A stretch of DNA of 64,000 nt from Takakia lepidozioides (lineage: Eukaryota; Plantae; Bryophyta): the NCBI GenBank assembly GCA_030704615.1, contig CM060732.1, forward strand, positions 66,650,001-66,714,000. Direction: 5' to 3'. The notes beneath the pieces were generated by a model. The model was not told the DNA's origin, searched no databases, and worked only from the letters and a program-made list of their open reading frames with translations. Every line of letters begins with the position of its first letter. Within the stretch, counting starts at the first letter, position 1. Below are positions 39,051-51,019 of the stretch, in pieces. The position numbers and the translations under genes are program-made.

Positions 39051-39546
39051 CGTAGACAGTGTCCATGTGCACAACAGGTTGGAGTTTGTAGTCAGAATTC
39101 TGCCACGAGCTTTCCTAAGACTCATTTTGGTAGACAACGTCCATGTGCATAATAGGTTGGAGTCATAAGTCAGGACTTTGTGGTGAGTCCTAAGACTCAT
39201 TCTGCTTTCCTCAAATTCAGTTTGGTGTTCTTTCGAAGTACCATGGCCGCAAACTTGTCTCTGTAGCCTTCGATACTCGCTTTACAACAGAATGGGTCAA
39301 ACCTACTTAATTTGAGCAGATCCAGCAAGCTTTGTTTCATTCTGGCAGAGAATGCATAATAGGTTGGAGTCAGGACTTTGCGGTGAGTTCTAAGACTCAT
39401 TTTGCTTTCCTCAGATTCAGTTTGGTGTTCTTTCGAAGTACCACAGCCGCAAACTCGTCTCTGTAGCCTTTCTCTCCATTCTTTCTTTATAACAGAATGG
39501 GTCAAACCTACTTAGTTTGAGCAGATCCAGCAAGCTTTGTTTCATC
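39051..39546. repeat. Nested tandem duplications (~78 bp and ~207 bp) downstream of DAAT
   Basis: GTAGACA..GTCCATGTGCA..AGGTTGGAGT at 39052 and 39130; TGCATAATAGGTTGGAGTC...GCAAGCTTTGTTTCAT at 39146 and 39353. Confidence 0.9.
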
Positions 39547-39681
39547 TGACAAGTTGGAATCCTTCTTTGCCTTCTACCAGAGATCTGAAGTTTACACAAA
39601 CAAGATCCCTCACAATGATAAGCACAAAATCACCTTACCAAACAATTTATTTTTGCCTGAGAACATCAGGCAAGTATGGTT

Positions 39682-40063
39682 TGGCCTTCCTCCAACAAAG
39701 AAGCAACACATTCAGATACACAAGAACTCAATAGGAGAGATTGAGTTCCTGATTACTTCTAAGGCACAGGTGTACTAGTACTGTGGGTGGACCGTCTACC
39801 ATGTCTCTTTTCATTGCCTCAAGCAAGGCCAGTGTCACCAGGCCTGGCTGCCCTGCAATTCAAGCCATCCCGCTGGCCTTCCTCTAACAAAGAAGCAACA
39901 CATTCTGATACACAAGAACTCACTGTGAGAGATTGAGTTCCTGATTACTTGTAAGGCACAGGTACTAGTACTGTGGGTGGACCGTCTACCATGTCTCTTT
40001 TAAGTGCCTCCCGCAATGCCAGTGTCACCAGACCTGGCTGCCCTGCAATTCAAGCCATCCCGC
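39682..40063. repeat. ~190-bp tandem duplication containing the entire last coding exon of DAAT
   Basis: Units 39682-39873 and 39874-40063. Both contain the acceptor TTGAATTGCAG and the exon encoding GQPGLVTLAL..KRDMVDGPPTVLV. Confidence 0.92.
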
Positions 40064-43000
40064 CACATCCCAGCACAAAGAGAATTAACCCCCCAGCACA
40101 CAAAGGGACTTTTTAACCTGCTGAAAATTCAACTAGTGGCTCCTTCATAAGGATAGAAAAGAGGCAGCAAGAGAGAGAGAATGTGCTCATAGAACTTGCT
40201 GTGTGACCTAAGGCCTTGCCCCACATTAGGAGCGGGGAGGGGAAAGGAAAAAATCTTAGAACAACTACATGGCCTCCAAGAGAAATTGGGAGAAATTAAA
40301 TGAAATGACACTTCATAACATCCAAGGGAGAAAGAAAGCAACAAGATCACAGGATTACCGTTTCCCACGGGTTTGCCATCCCACTCAAGGACAGGCATGA
40401 TCAGAACACCACTCCCTATCAGCATCATTTCAGCTGCATTCTTTGCTTCTTCCATGCTGATTTTCTGCACTTTGACACCCTTCAATCCTGGCACGGCTTT
40501 CTCTGATATTAGCTGAGGAATGAGTTCAAGCATGCGCCGGACAGTGCATCCCAACAAGATTTTGTCGAAGTGTGGGACCAGCAACTCAGAATCATTGCTC
40601 ACAAATGCAACATTCATGTTGGGGCCCTCTGCTATGAAGCCTTCATCGTCCAGCCAAATGCCTGCGAAGGCACCCTTCTCTTCTGCCTCCATCTTTGACA
40701 GTGCATTTAGTAAGTAGTTGACGCTCTTCACAGTGGCAAATGATGGGGGCTTGATTGGCACAGTAGAGGTTACCACCTGCATATCACAAACAAACTAGGT
40801 GTCATAAGGTTTGAACTTGACTGAGCTAAATCAACACTTCAATCTCTCACTCTTGGATGGCAGGAGTTTCCTTCATTAATTTCTAACATAAGTCACAGTA
40901 GAGGTTACCACCTGCATTCACAAACAAACTAGGTGTCATAAGGTTTGAACTTGACTGAGCTAATTCAACACTTCAATTTCTCACTCTTGGATGGCAGGAG
41001 TTTCCTTCATTAATTTCTAACATAAGTCACTTGACCACTTGATAGCAACCACTAAAGAAAGAGAGGATACATGCCAAAGTGTGTCTCTTCACCCCATTGG
41101 GCTCCTGCACAAAACAGAGATCTCAATAATTTCTACGCTAGCAAGGCTCTCCCAGTGACGTCTAATGGTCAACAAACAACATAGACTCACAGTTGCTGGA
41201 TGTATCTTGGAACAGTAAGAGTGACTACTTACAAGAGTATCACTTGCCACGATAATATATTCTTGTAAAATTCCATCCCTGGATGTAATAAGACATCGTG
41301 TGATGGTAATATGTCAAGTAATGGATGTTGAGTTCAGCCGGCAAAGGGGGAGGGTGAGATTACACTACCTTCGTCCCCTCTTGTGACTCCTCGTGAAAGC
41401 CCACGTCCACTACCATCGCATAGAAAGTGGGCTTGTCACACTCAGCTGAGGAGAGTCCAAACCCTCCCCGACCTGCTGAAAGCCAATATCGCAGTTCTCC
41501 ATCCCTGCAGTCTGATGCTGCCACAGTTTGCAGCAAAATCTCTCTCATGGTGGCTCGGTCGAACGGAGGTGCAATCCTGGACTTTGCCGCTGATCTCAAG
41601 AGACGGTCCAGATGTGCATCAAGCTCATACAAGCAGCTGTAGAGGGCAAACGACACAGTCAGTATCTCTCTGTCTCTGTCTGTTGGTTTCTTTGTCTTCT
41701 CTCTCTCATACTTTGAGGACCCTAGTGGCTGGCAGCCTACCTGTATGAACTTCATCTTCAGGTGTCCTGTGATATTTCCTGAAGTGCTTTGCTGTTCTAC
41801 TTCGTCCCACAAACCCTTGGGGCCCTCTTGGGATTTGTAAAGTTTCTATATGTTTCTTTCTCTAGCTATATGTGCACATATGCATAATATAAAACCTTCA
41901 TAGGTTGACCAGTAAGGAAACGCCATGCACCTAGTCGTATAGCACAACCTTCAACATGGACTTGCATGCATCCACTCATTTCCAGGTAACTTCCAGCAAC
42001 ATTGCTACCTGTTTGCGGTTCCAATGCATAGGAAAATACACACCCTTTGATGAGAATAGTGGTGTCAAAAACAGCATGTCCGCGGTGCACCATGTGATCA
42101 TCAATCGGTACAACCATGGCAGCCACATCTGTAGTGATAGCTCCGATGACACTGGAATACATGGCACGATATGTCTTTGCTCCCACAACTGCTGCATGCT
42201 GCAGCAATGTAACCGCCTGCCACTCCCAAGTACCCACATACAATCAAGCAATAATCAATTACCAAATGCAGTCCAGGAGATGCATCATATGTTTGTCCTT
42301 GTGTTGTGCTTGTAAGCTCTGTGATCTGAGAGCCCATTTTTGAGACATATCTTTCAAGATCCTAGGCTTGATATTCTTTGAGAATTAGTTAATTCAATTC
42401 CTGCAGCTCCAAACACCATCCTTTTAAACATAACACACATCATAATACACAACTTTGCAGCAATCCAATCAATAGCAACCTCTAGCGCCTACGACCCATA
42501 CAAGCAAACATCCACAATTAGCCAACCTTAAAACAAGCTCATATACAGATAACGAAGAAGCAGTGTAAGTGAAAATCATAGAAAGAGATAAAGAACTTCA
42601 GCACACCTCAGAGAGTGTGAGTACCGGGATGCTGACTTCTGCAGATTTGGGGCCATCTCGCTGTCTTCCTGTCTCTTCATCTACCCTAAACACAGTACAA
42701 ACCTTGGCTTATGCCCCCTTCCAACTTCTAAAAGTGCCGCCGCTCCCTGGCTCTGCGGCAGATTATCCCAGGTGACGTGGCAACCAATGGCCTTGCAGCT
42801 CACATACTGTAGTCCTCGTCCAACAGATCACCAGGAGTTAGGGCAATGTGACCACATCATGCCTTTGCTAGAGGTCAGGCCGCTCAGTTCCTCCAGCTGT
42901 GGGCAGAAGCCCTGGATAAATTGAATCTCTTGGGCAAGAATTCAAAGATGAATAGCAAAATCGATATGAGAATCCCTGTCACTTGAAGGTGTGGTTTCAA

Positions 43001-44300
43001 GGCCTACAGTGGGATCAGGTTAGGTTTGAGCTTGCCTAAAAGGCATAAACATTTCTGAAAATCACACTTAACCTGCCCAATAAGAATGTTCCAAGGCCTG
43101 ATGTTCCAATTATCCTCTATAATAAGCAAACAAACCAGGGAGCGCTCAGAAGCCAAGCGTAAACTCATTTCATAGAAAGCTTGCAGAATTATAAGCTCTT
43201 CAATAAGATGCTTTTTCGTCACTGCGCCTCGCCAATCACAACCCTATCTACAGGTTACATATGTGAATGTCTTGAAGGTGTGGTTTCAAGGCCTAGTGTG
43301 GGATCAGGTTAGGTTTGGCATTGCCTAAAAGGCATAAACATTTCTCCAAATTCACACTTAACCTGCCCAATAAGAATGTTCCAAGGCCTGATGTTCCAAT
43401 TATACTCTATAAATAAGCAAACAAACCAGGGAGCGCTCAGAAGCCAAGCGTAAACTCATTTCATAGAAAGCTTGCAGAATTATAAGCTCTTCAATAAGAT
43501 GCTTTTTCGTCACTGCGCCTCGCCAATCACAACCCTATCTACAGGTTACATATGTGAATGTCTTGAAGGTGTGGTTTCAAGGCCTAGTGTGGGATCAGGT
43601 TAGGTTTGGCATTGCCTAAAAGGCATAAACATTTCTCCAAATTCACACTTAACCTGCCCAATAAGAATGTTCCAAGGCCTGATGTTCCAATTATACTCTA
43701 TAAATAAGCAAACAAATCAGGGAGCGCTCAGAAGCCAAGCGTAAACTCATTTCATAGAAAGCTTGCAGAATTATAAGCTCTTCAATAAGATGCTTTTTCG
43801 TCATTGCGCCTCGCCAAACATAACCCTATCTACAGGTTACATATGTGAACGTCTTCAGGTACTATCCTGAGACAATCACAATCCAATCTGTGTTGCATTT
43901 GGTCTTTATTGCGAAACCCAAGTGGAGCGACATCATCAAATCCAACGAAAAGTTGAAACAAACTCTTCAAACATAAAGTAGAGGTGATAAAAGTCTTCGA
44001 ATGCAAAAAGATGGAACATTGGGTCTACAGATGTGTAGCAGAGAGAACAGTGAAGCAGATGTGAGTCCCTACCCAGGTAATCACTCTACCTGTGCAAGAA
44101 ATGCTGGCGCGGGCGCTCCACACTGTCAACGGCCGACGGACCCATAAAGAAGGCCGCCTACAGAACCCCGCACCCCACTCTGAAGACCGACAACAAACCC
44201 AGGAGGGCGAAAATCTTAAAGAGCGGCCCCAGTCCAGCGAAGGGCCTTGCACCCTTGCCGGCCCGGATGTGATGCTCCAGCTTGTCAGGCATGTAACCAT
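39945..44300 (-). CDS. DAAT: Class IV PLP aminotransferase: D-amino-acid transaminase / aminodeoxychorismate lyase-like, with transit peptide
   Basis: Exons 44300-44090, 42638-42607 (acceptor uncertain), 42216-42044, 41636-41369, 40776-40359 and 40042-39945. Motifs: DDHMVHRGHAVFDT, LYELDAHLDRLLRSA, LRYWLSAG, KSVNYL, EGPNMNV, ILLGCT and C-terminal GPPTVLVPVPYK*. Confidence 0.9.
40759..41030. repeat. 135-bp tandem duplication spanning a DAAT intron/exon boundary
   Basis: Near-identical units 40759-40893 and 40894-41027. Each includes the acceptor GCAG|GTGGTAACCTCTACTGTG (minus strand). Confidence 0.92.
42982..43859. repeat. ~290-bp tandem repeat, 3 near-identical copies (DAAT intron 1)
   Basis: CTTGAAGGTGTGGTTTCAAGGCCTA starts at 42982, 43271 and 43562, with only a few substitutions and indels between units. 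Confidence 0.95.
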
Positions 44301-45502
44301 GGTCACAACTCACAACCGGGCCTCCTACCCTACTATGCGCGTTGTGTCTTCTTGATCTTCGCTGCTTCCGATGCCCCACCGGTTGCAACACTATTCAGGA
44401 TTTTGTGATGCACTGTCCATGGGTCCTAAGCCCAAACTTCCAAACCCATCCATCACCCTCGTACATCACACCCAGGGCGGCGATAAAACTGTGTTGATTA
44501 GCTAACAGACTACACTGCAGATCAACAACTCACACAATTCGGGGTGATGCACAGTCTCATCAATCTCGGATTACAATACCCGAGCGCGGAGGAACGAAAA
44601 TCTAGTGACAGGAATTGGGCCGCACATGCAACCTAGGGTTTGCCCGAGATTCTTTAGCTAAACCCAGCGGCTGGAGACTCTCTACAGATGATATCTCATC
44701 GGACGGACTAGAACACGTTCCACCTGCCACACGGTGGAACCAATGGTTTCCTGTTTCCTCCCTAGGTTCCACTCTCTGACCACTGGGGAAGCTCAAGCTA
44801 AAGCTACTTTAGCTTTAGCGTCAGCTCTGAAATAGAAAGAAGCAAGCAGGTGTCAAAATAGCCGATGTGTATCAATGCCTCAATTGCAGTTGGCCAGTTT
44901 TCTATTTCCCTTCCGCTGCTGTCGGACCTACCTCAACCCAGGACTTAGGAAGACTGAAATATGTCTTTGACTAAAAACTGTTAGCTCGAGTGGTGCTGGC
45001 AGTTGGGGTTAAGAGTTGAGCTCAGGATGTGTAGGGGTACAGAGAGTATGTACAGAGCATGTGGGAGTCTGAATTTCATTATGGGTTTTGCTTAGAATGT
45101 GCATGTCGACCATGACAGGCTAACAACCGAACGGGTTTTGATAATGGGTTTTGCTAAGAATGTCCCTGTCGAGATGACTGTCTAACTTAACAATCAAGAG
45201 GCGAGGCCCTTCAGTCCTCCCCCATGGGAGATTACTTAGATGCGCACTGCAAAAGTGTCATTTAGCTTTAATGGCACCCAGAACCCCAGCTGGTAGTCCT
45301 AAAATGCCGGGGGGGGGGTCCCACAGTGTGCATAGCAGGCCGACTTTGTAATTAAGGATGCCATTCAGACCCTCCTTCATAAGCTGATCAGCAACGGCAA
45401 TTGTACTAACTTGTCTACCACCCACTCTCCTTCCGCTCTCCGCCACCTTCAGTTTGGAAGCGCCAGCAATCCTGCTGCGGGACTATTGGCTGGGCTGAAG
45501 CA

Positions 45503-46282
45503 ATGGGGCGTGGGTATGGAGCTGTGTTGCTTCTCTCCGTCGTTGGGCAGCTTGTTGTTCTAGCCTTGGCTGACGGAGGTGACTCTCTTGGGCAGGAGAA
45601 GACGTACTACTCTCCTCCTAGTCCTCCTAGTCCCGTTTACGAACCTGCTCCCGTTGTGGCCGCACCCGCTCCCGTGGCCGCACCTACATACACACCTCAA
45701 CCTACGTACACTCCGGCACCGGCGTCGTCACCCACACCAGGAACTTGCGAGTAAGCAGTAGTCATCGCAGATCTGTTCAGTACATGCATGCAATGCTCGT
45801 CTTGGCAAGATAACTTATTTCCGCACATGTGCAGTGTAGTAGTTTCGTATGGTATCTAGAGCATGCATCTGATAGGCAAGAATCAACTGCTCATTGTAGT
45901 TTTTACGGTTCTTACGAACTAACGTTACGTGTTGATTTGTATGTGTCTGTTCTGCAGGTACTGGTCCCTTTCCTCGGTGACCTTCCCCGATGTTTTGAGT
46001 GTTCTAGCAACCGTAGTGGACTTATTCGGTGGCACCAGTGGCAGCATTTTTGGCACGGCTACTACCCTTCTGCAAGGTTTGACAAACACCATCCCCGGTG
46101 GCTACGGGTCACTTCTTCGTCAGGGATCTGCTGCCCTTCTAAACTCCTACTCCGACCCTCGGTTTCTATACACTCCACAAGCAGTAAAGGAAAGTTTTGG
46201 GGCTGCTCTTGTCTCTGAACCCGCAGCTGCCTTCCAAGGTCTCCAGTTCGAGATTGCCAACCACGGCTATCATCGTAACTAG
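45503..46282 (+). CDS. PROTODERMAL FACTOR 1 / MEIOSIS5-like proline-rich secreted protein, 190 aa
   Basis: Exons 45503-45750 and 45958-46282. Signal peptide, YYSPPSPPSP Pro-rich region, GTC(E)YW split by the intron, and a C-terminal domain LLRQGSAALLNS..F.YT..VKESF..AL.S..AA..Q..FE.AN.G. Confidence 0.85.
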
Positions 46283-46753
46283 AAGTATGTGCTGTGATAC
46301 TAAGTACGTGGGGTGTCTCCCCCACATTAGTGTAATTTCTACAACCTGGGTTGGATGTGTGTATGTAAATTAGATAATTCTCTGCAAGCATTCTTGAGTG
46401 CTTGTCTGTCTCTGTTAATTATATGTGAAAGCAATCCGATTTTTCATGGCTGCGTATTATGTAGCACCTCACAAGTGCCCCAACTGTGTTTCATGATACT
46501 TTTTTGAAAGCCTATGGTGCGCTGCGCAATGAAGCTTACTCTTCCACCGGTGTCTTGTATGCTTGGAATGGCATCATTCATGTGGAGCAGCTAGAAACGT
46601 GATCTAGGCTGACACAGTTTGCAATGTACATCTGATCTCTCGGATCACAAACCATTCTCCAGTTATGGGTTTATGCAGTTTTTTGGGCAGAATTTTGCTT
46701 CAATTTTCTACGAAAGAAGAATGATAGTATACTGATTACTGCACAGTAGAATA

Positions 46754-47163
46754 TGTGCAATATAACAGTCTTTGCTGTGGATGTTACACAACCAAAACCT
46801 GTGATTCTAAGCGTTTACGTAAATTGTTTTCATTCTACATTCATGAAATTTGCATACTCACCGTCCTACACGCCTTCTTTGGAATCTGGAAGTGGGATGT
46901 TGTGCAATACAACAGTTTATGCTGTAGATGATATATAATCACAATCTCTGATTGTAGACGATCACGTAAATGTTTCATACTGCATTCATGAAATCTGCAA
47001 ACTCACCATTCTACACGCCGTCTTTTGAATCTGAAAGTGGGATACTGTGCAACACAACGTTCTATTGTCTCTGATCTGAAACATTCACGTAAATTACTTT
47101 CATACTGCATTCATGAAACCTGTTTACCCGCCGTTCTACACGCAATCTTTGGAATCTGGAAGA
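46754..47163. repeat. ~146-bp degenerate tandem repeat, ~3 copies
   Basis: TGTGCAA(T/C)A..ACGTAAAT..CATTCATGAAA..CTACACGC..CTTT(G/T)GAATCTG(G/A)AAG at 46754, 46901 and 47046. Confidence 0.85.
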
Positions 47164-48265
47164 ACGATTATACGTGGCAATGTACGAACTTGTTCATGGA
47201 TACACGTGTGGCAGTAGCACCGTGACCTCTCGTGGCACTGCCAGTGCCCAACTTCACTCCACTGCGGCTCAACTACACGCGCACATCACTTGAAGTGCAT
47301 TCGCTGATTAACGCAATAATAATGTGCATGATGTCTGAAGCATTATGTTCTGACAATTGTAGTAACGCTCAAACTTCTCCTGAGCTGTGCCGCTCCATAA
47401 GTCTGCTGTGAGCTAGAAAAAAGGGTAAGGCTGCACGTAAATGCAGCTGAGCAGAAAACCCCATGATTAGACAATGTGAAGAAAGAAAGAGTCTACAAAC
47501 GGCACTTTCAGTCCCTGGATGAATGCTTCTCGTGTCTACCAAAATCTGCAGATTTTTCCAATCTCTGTTGCATTTCGTCTCCACTCCAAACCAGCAGGGA
47601 ATGTGACAAAGGGAGATGAAATGAAGTTAGCAGATGATTGAATTGCATTGATAGTCTGTCTCCATAGCCATCAAGACGCGCCCAGATGTTGAAGAGAATC
47701 GTCCAAAGCCTCCATAAATAACTCTCCCAACCAGACTGATTCATCACTGCCCCCTTAAGTACTTACACAGCAGGTGTCACAATTCAGAGATCTCTCTATC
47801 CTCTTTGTAAGGTAGGGCCCAATAATAATAATATATGACGTATCCCAAAGGAAGCGTAAATTATGGTGTCTCTTGGCTACTACCTTGTGGCGGGAAGGTC
47901 ACTGGTCACCTTGGTGACACCAATGGGTGGATTGAACCCACAACCCACTTCCGAGGTGGTATGTATAGTGTAACATTACTACATGACTAGACTCCCACCG
48001 TAACTAAGAGCCACTTCGCCTACATGACTATAACTTGGTTGTCTCTTGGGTGAACAATATCTAAGCTAGAAACTAGAAACACCCAAAACTGTGACTCATA
48101 CAAAAGGTGCAGCGAAAGGATTAGCAATACAACAAACATGGCCTCATATGGATTCCATAATTTGTGATGCAAGTGATCAATTGATATGAATTGTCAAAAG
48201 TGAGGGTACATACTTAACTTCCTATGTATGTGCATTACACCCAACTAATGCTCACCCAAGCTTGC

Positions 48266-48735
48266 TCATGGAGGCCCCTGCCTCCCGGAAACCAAGGAAA
48301 GTGAACTAGGCTTGGTAGGACTTCGATCTGGGAGTTCTGTAGCGATCGTTGTTTCTTTCGTGTACTCTCTCTCCACTATCTTCTCATGTACTCTTTTACC
48401 TGTTGAACACGACCTATCATTCAGTGTAAAAATTCTGAGGAGCTTCCATCTTGTGTTTATCACAGTAAGGTCTAAGATCTCCAGACTTAGAGATGTGAGC
48501 TTATATCTGAGGTCTTTGGAACGTTGCTTGACAAAAACCATCCTTGAGTGATGGCAGAGCCAGTTTTAGTTTACCTTTCACTACTAGGGAAATGAGCTTG
48601 GTTCTTGGAAGGAATACTGGTGAAACCATGAAAGAAATAATGTTACTTCAAATATAAGGGCAGGTACGTCCCTCTTGATCTTGTCTCATACCAGTTTAAA
48701 AAAATTGGAGCCCCATTGCGGCTTCCGCTTGGCCA
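48266..48735 (-). mobile_element. Highly decayed LINE reverse-transcriptase fragment
   Basis: Minus-strand fragments 'NFFKLV*DKIKRD', 'LISLVVKG', 'LRYKL' and 'SGRQGPP' resemble LINE RT motifs (FFK..W..IK.D; LI.L.PK; YKI; G.RQG.P) and occur in the right order. Confidence 0.45.
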
Positions 48736-49003
48736 TTTTTGGGGCACATTGTGAATTTTACAAGGTCGGAATTACAGCCACAGCTGACTTCACACCAAAC
48801 CACCCTCAGCCTTGCATCTTTGGTCTTCAATGTATATGAAAATATTTATGTACAGGACTGTATGGGCTGTGAGCATCCTATCTTTCAATTATTTCCAATC
48901 TGTAATAGAACATGGATACACACTCAAGAAGGTCATCTACTTGGTGAGGTCAATGATAGGTGCTAGTATAAGCTGCTCTATTAGATATCAATAGTATGCA
49001 TTT

Positions 49004-49538
49004 TGTACTTCATAAGACTTTGTTTGCCATAGCCTTGTGGCCATAGACCCAGCCCAGTTTGAGTGGAACAGGAGGGAACAGACAACAGCCACTACCTTTA
49101 TGAGGGGGAAGGGGACAAGGGTATGTATGTCCAGAGGATGAATGGTGCCAGTAGTGGATGGGGACCTATATATAAACAAAGAGTTCAGGCTTTCCTCTGG
49201 AAACCCTTCACACAAGCATCAATCTGCTTTGTCTGGGCTGCCTAGCAATTAGACCCCAACGGAGGCCAGGGCTTCAGCCTCAAGATTTTGAAAGTTGGTG
49301 AACAGAGGTGTGCTCTTCCTGGTCCTGAGGAGGATCGCTCTTTGATGAGAATAGCCCGGATATTGTGTCAAAATGGATAGTCTTCAGGCCTCCCGCCCAT
49401 CGAGCATTGACAATCTCCCTTTCCTCTGCACCTATTTCTTGTTCAAAGGTAGACTTCCCACCCTTAGATTAAATTTAAGTTTACTGGTAAGGGTAGGTAG
49501 GCCCTTCAATCATCCTCAAGGTCCTCACCCATGTCACA
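49004..49538 (+). mobile_element. Longest copy (~535 bp) of a dispersed TG...CA element, solo-LTR-like
   Basis: Begins TGTACT(T)CATAAGAC, ends CCCATGTCACA, and has internal TATATATAAA near 49167. Homologous to 11699, 20364-20648, 54515 and 55083. Confidence 0.7.
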
Positions 49539-51019
49539 CACATCAATAGAATATGGGGATACTCAAAGAGGACGAAGAGAAGGAGTCCCCAAGATCCATT
49601 CTGGCCCTTGTAAGCATGTGAGGACACTATGTGAGGGAAGAAGTAATAATCAGGGCTCATCCTTGACATCGAAAAGACAGACATGTCCGAAGACGAGATG
49701 CTGTAGAGTAGACAGAGAGGGTACAGTAGACTCTGCATGAATACGACACTTAATGGTGTGCACACTTGTGAAAACCATGAACCACACTTCGGTGAACATG
49801 CCCAAGACACCCCCAGTAAGATTAAAAAGAGACTTCCAGCTTTTGACATGACATTGTCATGAAAGAGATGGATGCCTCATTATCAGACTGCAGTTAAATG
49901 CAAATGCTGATTATGTATAATAGCAAACTTTGCAACCATAGACTAACTTCATCACACATCATCTGAACACAACCAACAATTACGAAGAATGTACACATGA
50001 GAGAAAGGGGGAAGAAGAGAGTCAATGACAAATACCATTTTCTTTCTTGGCAACTCTAGCCCAAGAAGAACTCTGTCCCGCTTCAGAACTTACAATGCCC
50101 TATTTGACACATAAAACTGTTTGAACTGGACTCTACTCCACTGCCAATGCAATGAGCTCAATTCGTCCCCCTACATATGAAGAAGTCTGCAAGTACCCAC
50201 TTTGGCTAGGTATTGACATCATCTAGTACCGCTGGTTTCCTAAACACTAGGCTTTCCCTAGGAAGATTCCAGCACAAGATAAATTCTTCAACTTCTTCCC
50301 CCTCAATATATACGGTGAGATTCCTAGCTGGAGCGGTTTGTCTGTACCTGGAAATGGAGGCATTGAAGTTTTAGCGGCTTAGCTTTCCCTGTTGCCTTCA
50401 CCTCAGAAGTGGATGGCACCAGTGATGCCATTCTGAACTAATTCCTTGGATTCATTCTTTTGGAACAAAGGTTGCTTTTCAGTGGGATACATGTGTGTGT
50501 ATGAACAAAAGAGTTATTTCTTCAGGAGGCTTTGAGAGACAGAGAGGAGAACCTGGTACCAGAAGTTGGATTTGAAAGCAATTCCTGTCATATTAGCCAT
50601 CCACATCTCACAAGGGTCATATCTTGTGGGACGTTACTAAAAAGTATCACAAGCAATGAACCAAAGAAATCAACCACAGTAGATGTGTTGAATAGGTAGA
50701 TCATAAACCGGATGTGGTGGCGACAGGACATTGAATTGACACCCCCCATCCATGAAGGTGAAGGCCACAAAATGGTGACCTTACTCACAAGTAGCATCGT
50801 CCTACTCTCACTGATTAGGTCTGGATCTCTTAAAAAATAACCCGAGAGTCACAACAGTCAGGGTTTTGGTAATTTGAGATGAGAAGTGTAGGGAGGAAGG
50901 AATTTATTTGAAGTTGGTGTTGAAAGGACAGACAAGAGAGAGTTGGGGAGGGAATACAATGATGGGGTGCCACAAAATCCTGCCCTCCCTTCCTTCCATT
51001 GCTTCCATGTCTCACTGGT

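Noticed and set aside
42982-43859. Regular repeats (also 34919-35044 and 46754-47163) considered as CRISPR-like arrays
   Set aside because: The units are contiguous tandem copies with no unique spacers, there are no cas genes, and the context is eukaryotic intron or intergenic DNA.
47915-47950. Isolated B-box-like GGTTCAATCC (minus); similar weak Pol III-like boxes at ~53928 and ~57470-57512
   Set aside because: No properly spaced partner box or tail; too degenerate to call SINEs.
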